In this document: one piece after another, positions 18,703 to 25,348 of the stretch
How the letters are laid out: each line of letters starts with the position of its first letter
Position numbering within the stretch: the first letter of the stretch is position 1
Source: a virus
Taxonomy: Duplodnaviria; Caudoviricetes
Direction: 5' to 3' (one strand)
DNA length: 25,348 bases
Virus record (IMG/VR): IMGVR_UViG_3300024291_000025
Span: 1 to 25,348 of that record
Translations under genes and position numbers: made by a program
Notes under the pieces: model-generated
Seen by the model: only the letters and a program-made list of their open reading frames with translations
Database searches by the model: none
What the model was told of the DNA's origin: nothing

Positions 18703-19722
18703 ATGTCATTTAAAAGATTAGACCCAGAAGATATTTCTATAAGTGCAGAATCAGTAGTAGCACCACTATGGTCAACAGATACTAAGTACCTAACAACATT
18801 TCATACAGCATCAGGACAGGTAGCTGGAAATACAGGTAATTACTTTTACGAAGTATATGAAAATAACCCTGCAGGAGATGTGCCAGCAAACGTGCAGTTT
18901 GCTATAGCGTACGGAAATAAGAACGGCCTTGGCTCAGCACCCTATACATCAGGAGGACAATCAGTATCGGGAAAATCTCCTTCATCAACAATTTACGGCC
19001 AATACAGAAATTTAATATTTGGAGATGAAGAAACAGGATTTATATTCAACACAGTTGAATCAGATTCTATTTATGTAATAAGCGTAGATAGAGCAAGGTA
19101 TAAAGAAAAACTGCTACCCGGTTCTTTTAATTTACGATTACAGAAAACTGATAACAGTGCACCACTTAACTTAACCGATAACAGTAAAGACTTAACGACA
19201 GTATCTTATGTAGATGCAGGAAGAGTTTACGATATAGTAGAAGGGTTTGACGGTAGTGCAACATCAGGAACAGGATATTCAACAAATAACGGAAGCTACG
19301 GAAAATTTCTACCTGATGTAGGTATTATAATCCTAAACGGAGAAGCGCTACAATCAAATTCAGGTATAAGTATAGATCATAACACTGGAGTAGACGGATC
19401 AGGAACACCAAACCTACAGCACTTTTATAACGCTATTGAATTTGGAGCTAGTAGCTCTCTTCAATCAGAAGAAACTATATCATCTAATTACGTATTTGTA
19501 AGAGTCCGAAATAGTGAATTTAACTATACTACCAATCCATCAAATATTACAAGCTCAGGAGAGTTAAGGCATAATATTATGATCAATACTCCCCAAGCAT
19601 ATATCACAACAGTAGGAATGTATAATGATAATAACGACTTACTAGGAGTTGCTAAACTTTCAAGACCGCTCCTTAAAGACTTTACAAAAGAAGCCCTTAT
19701 TAGAATTAAACTTGATTATTAA
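18703..19722 (+). CDS. virion structural protein (paralog 1)
   Basis: C-terminal EFNYTTNP...YITTVGMYNDNNDLLGVAKLSRPL..RIKLDY. Confidence 0.6.
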   Translation: MSFKRLDPEDISISAESVVAPLWSTDTKYLTTFHTASGQVAGNTGNYFYEVYENNPAGDVPANVQFAIAYGNKNGLGSAPYTSGGQSVSGKSPSSTIYGQYRNLIFGDEETGFIFNTVESDSIYVISVDRARYKEKLLPGSFNLRLQKTDNSAPLNLTDNSKDLTTVSYVDAGRVYDIVEGFDGSATSGTGYSTNNGSYGKFLPDVGIIILNGEALQSNSGISIDHNTGVDGSGTPNLQHFYNAIEFGASSSLQSEETISSNYVFVRVRNSEFNYTTNPSNITSSGELRHNIMINTPQAYITTVGMYNDNNDLLGVAKLSRPLLKDFTKEALIRIKLDY

Positions 19723-19725
19723 TGA

Positions 19726-21402
19726 ATGAGTGCTTACAAAAAACTAAATCAACAAGATGCGTATATAACTACCTACACTGCCCGCAAATCGTGGATAGCA
19801 AGTGGGAGTCAATATAGGGAACTAGGTATACAGAATATCGTAGGTTTATCCGGCTCCGGAGTATATATTCCGAAAGATGCAGATATAACATATGGTGGAA
19901 ATGTTTCTAATTCTGGAAGCACTGCGTACAATAAAAGACTAGTTTACGAAAGTAACCAGCACCTATACTTTAGCAGCTTCAACGATTCAGTTCTTACAAC
20001 TTCGTCATCTTACGAAAACTACTTACAATCTTCTTACGAAGTAAGTGGTTCTAGGCATTTAGATAACAGGATAGCTATTTTTTCTCTTCCTAAAGAAATG
20101 TACGGAATACATATAGATCCGTTTTCTATTTCAATAACGCCAGATTTCCTAGCAGGAACAGGTGGTTCGGATGGCTTTGATAATTACGTAGTCAATAACT
20201 ACAGCACCGAAGAGGGTGTGGATTCTTTTGAAACTGAAGTAAACCTCTATATTGAAAATACAGATTTTCTATTTAGTTCAACAGGTGCAACTTGTGCATT
20301 TCCAACAGAAGACTACTTAGAAGAAGAATCAACCTATGTAGATGAATCAACACCTGCAGGAGGAGAATATCTAGATAACATAGATACTACACAGAAAAAC
20401 TGTAATGAGATAGTAGACGATGGAGAAGGTAGGCTATATTTTAAATACTCATCTCCTAGATACTACGTCGGTAATGTAATATATCCACACGGTCAAATAA
20501 TAATAACCGATACAGTAGTAGCTATGTACTACAACCACTACTTTGACGCTGTGTTGAGATGGAAGTCTACCTTACCTATATTCACTCATAACTATCACTG
20601 TAGGATAAAAAGTGGGGAATTTAACCACACTTTGAACAGAACAGCACTAACAGGAACTGACGGACAAATTGCAGATAATATATCAGGCTCATCCTTTAAT
20701 CCATATATAACTTCTATTGGACTATACAACGACAGTAACGAACTAATAGCAGTTGGTAAAATGGGACAACCGCTCCCAAAATCACCAGAAACAGATACAG
20801 TTATATTAACCAAGTTTGATATGAATTTTGGTGTTAACAGACTACCGGAAGGATATATCATACCTACAGTCGTAGAAGAAGAAGAGGATGATACACCGGT
20901 ACTAGACTGTACTTATAACTTTGTAGTACAAAATGCAATATACGAAACAGGAGAAAGTGTTAGAAGAAGCTTTAAAAAACCAAGAGCAAAAGGTAAGAGA
21001 AGATTAACAGATAACGGTAGCTATAGGTTATATAGAAGAAAATACGCATTTGATCCTCTAGGGACATACCCAGCTAGCATAGAAATAGTAAAAGACTATA
21101 ATAACCCAGTAGGTAACGGCTTTATTAAATTGGAAAAAGAAGAGATGAATAACTACAACAGAACTATGTGTTATACGGATATTAAAGTAGATAAGTACAT
21201 ATCTCCATCGGGGGTAATAACTTACGAATACGACTTCTATAACTACAACCCAGGTGAAGATGCAATAAATCCTAGCTCAACATACCCAGTCGTAAGGTAT
21301 AGATCAATACCAGGTAGATCAAAACAATTCTTTAAGGATATAATAGAAGACTATTTATTAAGAAACGAACTACCTTGTGTTTTTCCAATAGTACAAGCAT
21401 AG
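19726..21402 (+). CDS. virion structural protein (paralog 2, C-terminally extended)
   Basis: EFNHTLN...YITSIGLYNDSNELIAVGKMGQPL..TKFD followed by about 190 extra residues. Confidence 0.6.
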   Translation: MSAYKKLNQQDAYITTYTARKSWIASGSQYRELGIQNIVGLSGSGVYIPKDADITYGGNVSNSGSTAYNKRLVYESNQHLYFSSFNDSVLTTSSSYENYLQSSYEVSGSRHLDNRIAIFSLPKEMYGIHIDPFSISITPDFLAGTGGSDGFDNYVVNNYSTEEGVDSFETEVNLYIENTDFLFSSTGATCAFPTEDYLEEESTYVDESTPAGGEYLDNIDTTQKNCNEIVDDGEGRLYFKYSSPRYYVGNVIYPHGQIIITDTVVAMYYNHYFDAVLRWKSTLPIFTHNYHCRIKSGEFNHTLNRTALTGTDGQIADNISGSSFNPYITSIGLYNDSNELIAVGKMGQPLPKSPETDTVILTKFDMNFGVNRLPEGYIIPTVVEEEEDDTPVLDCTYNFVVQNAIYETGESVRRSFKKPRAKGKRRLTDNGSYRLYRRKYAFDPLGTYPASIEIVKDYNNPVGNGFIKLEKEEMNNYNRTMCYTDIKVDKYISPSGVITYEYDFYNYNPGEDAINPSSTYPVVRYRSIPGRSKQFFKDIIEDYLLRNELPCVFPIVQA

Positions 21403-21455
21403 CATGATTAACAGTAAAACTAAAAAAAAAGAAAAAAAATAATGAAATAAAAAAC

Positions 21456-21681
21456 AGTCCAGAATAAACTGGGTGAATTGCTGGGAAATCTTTAGAGCTC
21501 TAACTACCAAAGCGTAACAATGTTAGAGATTAGACAATCAGCAGCCAAGCTACAAGCCATCTTGTAGAAGGTTCAGAGACTACTGGAGGGAAAATGGGTT
21601 CCCTTAATAACCAGAATTAGCGCCCAGCAGGAGTAATCCTGATGATATAGTCCGATCTTTATGGAGACATAAAGCTAACAG
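21456..21681 (+). ncRNA. group I intron ribozyme (IA-like), ORF-less, with apparently permuted splice-site order
   Basis: Elements P AATTGCTGGGAA 21476-87, Q AATCAGCAG 21536-44, R GTTCAGAGACTA 21571-82, S ATGATATAGTCC 21642-53. Helices: P3 CTGGGTG 21469-75/CGCCCAG 21621-27; P5a CTCTAAC/GTTAGAG; P6a CTACAAG/CTTGTAG; P7 GACTA/TAGTC; P7.1 CTGG..AGGGAA/TTCCCT..CCAG; P8 CAGGA-GTAA-TCCTG; P9 CTTTATG-GAGA-CATAAAG; candidate omega-G 21681. Confidence 0.93.
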
Positions 21682-21765
21682 TAATGAGAGCAGGCAGACA
21701 ATGGGCCTAAGAAACTCTACCGCTGGAAACATAAAGAAACGCAAAGCTACCGAGTCGCACTGGAT
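21682..21765 (+). other. predicted back-spliced 84-nt exon (circular RNA) with a stop-free frame
   Basis: Lies between candidate omega-G 21681 and CTGGAT (21760-65), which pairs with IGS GTCCAG (21457-62) ending in a U-G wobble. Confidence 0.6.
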
Positions 21766-21790
21766 TAACACCATTACAATAAAAAAATAA
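21701..21790 (+). CDS. short ORF spanning the exon (29 aa in linear form)
   Basis: MGLRNSTAGNIKKRKATESHWINTITIKK*; becomes endless if 21765 is joined to 21682. Confidence 0.45.
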   Translation: MGLRNSTAGNIKKRKATESHWINTITIKK

Positions 21791-21794
21791 AAGA

Positions 21795-23612
21795 ATGAGT
21801 ATAGTACTTAGAACAAACAAAGGATCAGCTTTGACTTATGATGAGATGGATAGAAATCAATCTCAATTTTTCTATTCAAGCTCTAAGTCCCCGGATGGTC
21901 TCAAACTGAGACTACACTACACTGGAAGTGATAACTTAGATACAACAGAAGACTACGGACCAACAAGGTACCATGAAGTATCCTTTCCCTTATTTGAATC
22001 AGAAATACCCGACTCCAATGTAGCAGGAGATAATACCCAGATACAGTTTAATGATAACGGGAATTTCGGAGCTGACTCTGTATTTGTGTTTACTGATAAT
22101 AACCATTCCGTAGGTATTGGGACAACTACTCCCCTAAAGCGGTTAGACATAGTAGGAGATGGAGCAAGAGGAGGAAATATAGCACTAAGAGGTAGTGTGA
22201 ATCACGAAGGAGAAATACAATCACTTGCAGGTATTGAATTTTATAATGGAAACACAGACGCAACTCTCTTAGGAAAAGTAGGTAGGTTAGAGTATATCGA
22301 TAGCGATTTTGCAGATGATATATTTATACATTCAGGTGATCATAATATCAGCTCTGGATTTGTTCCAGAACCAAACGATCCAAGATCTGTTCATATATCC
22401 TTAGGAAGAACAACTCTAAGTACAACCCCAGCAAACCGCATTGGAGCGACATTTAAAAGAATAGGTAGCAGTCCTTATATAACCGTAGGAATAAACAATA
22501 CAGATTCTATATTAAATTTATCAGTAGTAGGAAATAACGGTATAGGAATATCCCATACTAACACAGCTACCAACGATCATTCGAGACTTAAATCGATAAA
22601 ATCAAATAACTCATACTTCCTGCAGGAAACGGCACTGGGACTAAGAAAATTGCTACCACATCAATCAATTGCTGAAGGGTTGGAAATTAGCTCTCCAAAT
22701 ACAAGCAATGGAGGTAATGTACTAATGGTAATAAACACCGATTCAGAAGCTAAAGAAGGATTCAATATAATTACAACCCAAAACTCTTCTGCACCTAATG
22801 CAACAGTGCTAGCTACCTTTCAAGCATCCGGTAAGGTAGGTATAGGTACTAATTTTCCTGCACATACAGGATTAACAATACAGGAACAGCTTTCTATTAA
22901 AAGTTTAACAGAATCTGACCCTCTTACAGAAATTAGTAGAACACTAGTTGCAGATTCAACCGGATTAGTTAAAGAAGTTGTTGCAGCACCAGTACCAAAA
23001 GGAGGTATTATAATGTGGTCAGGAGCTACGAATGCTATACCAGAAGGATGGAGACTTTGTAAAAATGGAGTAGGAGAGGTAAATGGTGTAACTGTACCTA
23101 ATTTATCTAATAAATTTATAATAGCATCTAGTAACAGTACTGGAACTCCAACTACAACAATACTAGGTACAGGCGCAACCTCTACAGGTGGAAGTAATAC
23201 ACATAATCATGGAGGTAATACACAAAATACTACATTAACATTAAGTCAAATACCTGCACACGATCATATACCTGATACAATGCAAGGAAGATTTAGACAC
23301 CTTACTGCATGGGTACACCCAAGCCTTGATGGAGCTACTGGAGGTTCTGGTACTAACACTAATACAATATACGGAAACTTAGTAGACGGTGTAGGAAATA
23401 CAGGTACATCTTTTGATGATAACGCAGGAGGTGAAGGTGCAGAGATTATATCACAAATTGCCTTCCCAGGACCACCAAACGGAATTTCATCCATTAGCAA
23501 CATGGCTATTAAATCAGAAGGAGGCAACGCTGCTCACAAACACGTTATAGATGCAGCTTCAAATATACCTCAGTTTTATGCTTTAGCATATATAATTTAT
23601 GTGGGAGTGTAA
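21795..23612 (+). CDS. tail fibre protein with tail-collar domain
   Basis: VGIGTTTP/VGIGTNFP repeats; VPKGGIIMWSG..IPEGWRLC..VPNLSNKFI collar; HNH/HDH/HKH motifs; YALAYII terminus. Confidence 0.8.
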   Translation: MSIVLRTNKGSALTYDEMDRNQSQFFYSSSKSPDGLKLRLHYTGSDNLDTTEDYGPTRYHEVSFPLFESEIPDSNVAGDNTQIQFNDNGNFGADSVFVFTDNNHSVGIGTTTPLKRLDIVGDGARGGNIALRGSVNHEGEIQSLAGIEFYNGNTDATLLGKVGRLEYIDSDFADDIFIHSGDHNISSGFVPEPNDPRSVHISLGRTTLSTTPANRIGATFKRIGSSPYITVGINNTDSILNLSVVGNNGIGISHTNTATNDHSRLKSIKSNNSYFLQETALGLRKLLPHQSIAEGLEISSPNTSNGGNVLMVINTDSEAKEGFNIITTQNSSAPNATVLATFQASGKVGIGTNFPAHTGLTIQEQLSIKSLTESDPLTEISRTLVADSTGLVKEVVAAPVPKGGIIMWSGATNAIPEGWRLCKNGVGEVNGVTVPNLSNKFIIASSNSTGTPTTTILGTGATSTGGSNTHNHGGNTQNTTLTLSQIPAHDHIPDTMQGRFRHLTAWVHPSLDGATGGSGTNTNTIYGNLVDGVGNTGTSFDDNAGGEGAEIISQIAFPGPPNGISSISNMAIKSEGGNAAHKHVIDAASNIPQFYALAYIIYVGV

Positions 23613-23627
23613 TAAGAATATAAAAGA

Positions 23628-23635
23628 TATTTATA
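23628..23635 (+). promoter_or_regulatory. putative late promoter motif TATTTATA
   Basis: Intergenic, 13 nt before ATG 23649. Confidence 0.5.
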
Positions 23636-23648
23636 ATAAAAATATATA

Positions 23649-25348
23649 ATGGCAATACCGGGATTAACATATAGGATAGAAAAAGAAAGTTCTTTGACCC
23701 ATCTTGAGATGGATAATAATTTTAGATCAGTTATCTATTCTGGTTCTATTCACGATAGTGGAACTACCCTTCACTTACATTACGATACTGCTGTAGAAGA
23801 TAAAATCATAATACCCTTAGGAGCAGCATCAGCAGGATTTACTATACTAAATAATACAAACGATAATGTATTGACTGCAACAGGTCAAACAGCAACTCTA
23901 CAAGGAGAATCGGGATTAAAATTTAGCTCTCCAAACAGTTTACTTACTTTAATAGGTAGAGCATCCATTGATGATGGATTCGGTAATGTTATACTAGGTG
24001 CTGGAGCAGGTGATAACCTAACCAGTGGAGATGGAGTGAAAAACGTACTAGTAGGTAGAGACTCTGGAACTATAGTAGATGGAAATAGAAACGTAGCAGT
24101 AGGGTATAGATCACTATTCAGTGCAGATGGACTTGATGATTCTGTAGCAATAGGAGAACTAGCATTTAGTACATTAATATCCGGAGCAAATAATGTAGCA
24201 TTAGGACGACAAGCAGGATCAACATTAACTGCAGGTAGCGGGAATATATACATAGGAAATGGAGCTGGTCCAGTTTTCAGTAGTACACAAAGTAATAAGT
24301 TGTATATAAACAACCAAGCAAGTAATGTACCTTTAATTCTTGGAGACTTTAGTACAGGAACAGTAGTATTTAATTCTACAGTATCAGCCTCTTACTTTAG
24401 TGGTTCATATTATGGAGATGGTTCAAACTTAACAGGATTAACAGCAACATCAGAATGGGACGGTACTAGAGATGGGGATGGTGAAATAACCGGTTCCTTC
24501 ACAGTATCAGGTTCAAACGTTATCGTAGACTTTACAGCAGTAGAAGCTATATCAGGCTCAATATTCTCTGGGTCGTTCTATGGAGATGGAAGTAACTTAA
24601 CAGGAATAACAGCAGACTCATTTCCATACACTGGTTCAGCAAGGATATCAGGAAGTTTAAGAGTAGATGGACCTGCTCAAATAACAGGGTCATTCACAGT
24701 AAGCGGTTCAAGCCCAGAAATATACCTGAAAGGAGACACCTATATTGACGATAACATACGTATAAAAAATATAGCTGAACGTGCTTTCGGTATCGGAGTA
24801 AAAGCATTGAATGAATCTAACGCTAATGAAGGAATTGCTATAGGATTTGAATCAGGAGTAAGAGCTAGAAGTAACAGTACCCTTATTGGAAATTATACAG
24901 GGTATAACGCCGGTAATAGTTCGACATTCGTAGGTCAAGGAGCTGGAGCTACTATAGCCGGTAAATATAATACAGCTATTGGTGCTAATACCTTACAAGG
25001 ACAGGAAGGAAAAGGAGACAAAAATACAGCATTAGGATATGATGCAGGAAACGCTATTCTAAGCGGTAATAGGAATACCGCTATTGGATATCAGTCTTTA
25101 TATAACCATCCAGACGGTAACCACAATACTGCTATAGGTTATCAAGCTCTATTTTACCTAGACTCCAAGTTTGACAATAATACTGCAATAGGAAGTAATG
25201 CAGGTGAGTTAGCCAAAGGAAACGGAAATGTATTTATCGGATATAAAGCAGGACCTCAATCAACCGGTACTGTAAACCTTAACGATAAATTATATATTAA
25301 CAACGAGCAATCTAATACTCCATTAATAAAAGGAGATTTTAATTTAGG
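23649..25348 (+). CDS. tail fibre / adhesin-like protein with YadA-like head repeats (truncated by window end)
   Basis: Open from MAIPGLTYRIEKESSLTHLEMDNNF to the window end; many NTAIG/NVAVG/NVFIG repeats, two YGDGSNLTG and two KLYINN..SN.PLI.GDF motifs; not in the ORF track because it has no stop. Confidence 0.85.
   Translation, partial: MAIPGLTYRIEKESSLTHLEMDNNFRSVIYSGSIHDSGTTLHLHYDTAVEDKIIIPLGAASAGFTILNNTNDNVLTATGQTATLQGESGLKFSSPNSLLTLIGRASIDDGFGNVILGAGAGDNLTSGDGVKNVLVGRDSGTIVDGNRNVAVGYRSLFSADGLDDSVAIGELAFSTLISGANNVALGRQAGSTLTAGSGNIYIGNGAGPVFSSTQSNKLYINNQASNVPLILGDFSTGTVVFNSTVSASYFSGSYYGDGSNLTGLTATSEWDGTRDGDGEITGSFTVSGSNVIVDFTAVEAISGSIFSGSFYGDGSNLTGITADSFPYTGSARISGSLRVDGPAQITGSFTVSGSSPEIYLKGDTYIDDNIRIKNIAERAFGIGVKALNESNANEGIAIGFESGVRARSNSTLIGNYTGYNAGNSSTFVGQGAGATIAGKYNTAIGANTLQGQEGKGDKNTALGYDAGNAILSGNRNTAIGYQSLYNHPDGNHNTAIGYQALFYLDSKFDNNTAIGSNAGELAKGNGNVFIGYKAGPQSTGTVNLNDKLYINNEQSNTPLIKGDFNL

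Noticed and set aside
21686-21686. Alternative omega-G (…TAATG)
   Set aside because: Disfavoured but not excluded: it gives a 79-nt exon and loses the matching TAA after both splice sites; needs experimental mapping
21723-21728. CTGGAA as an alternative IGS target inside the exon
   Set aside because: Pairs 5 bp but has A instead of the U needed for the U.G splice-site wobble
21403-21794. Conventional intron fusing the 558-aa gene to the 605-aa tail fibre
   Set aside because: Both genes appear complete with their own stop and start, the exon frame stops at 21788-90, and I saw no strong IGS match at the end of the upstream CDS
4569-24313. All minus-strand ORFs in the track and the nested plus ORF 13842-14039
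   Set aside because: They overlap long, motif-bearing plus-strand genes and show no recognisable features of their own
1-25348. Stop-codon reassignment, tRNA genes, reverse transcriptase/DGR
   Set aside because: Genes tile densely in the standard code; no cloverleaf, RT motif or template/variable repeat pair was seen by eye

Overview
AT-rich segment of a large tailed (myovirus-like) phage genome, probably infecting a Bacteroidota host. The host inference rests on TTG-N20-TAnnTT promoters, the absence of Shine-Dalgarno sequences and a lipoprotein gene. Bases 1-5500 hold small early/accessory genes, most behind a repeated promoter-plus-leader cassette, including a T5orf172-family nuclease, a lipoprotein and an HD-domain hydrolase. 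A phage sigma factor follows, then a long baseplate and tail module (spike-like, gp25-like, gp6/J-like, large wedge, tail-collar and YadA-like fibre genes) preceded by TATTTAT motifs. The standout feature is the 392-nt gap at 21403-21794. It holds a complete group I (IA-like) ribozyme core whose internal guide sequence pairs best with a 5' splice site DOWNSTREAM of the predicted 3' splice site. This permuted layout predicts back-splicing of an 84-nt exon into a circle with a stop-free 28-codon reading frame, or exon concatemers by iterative trans-splicing. All calls come from reading the sequence by eye; no database searches were run.
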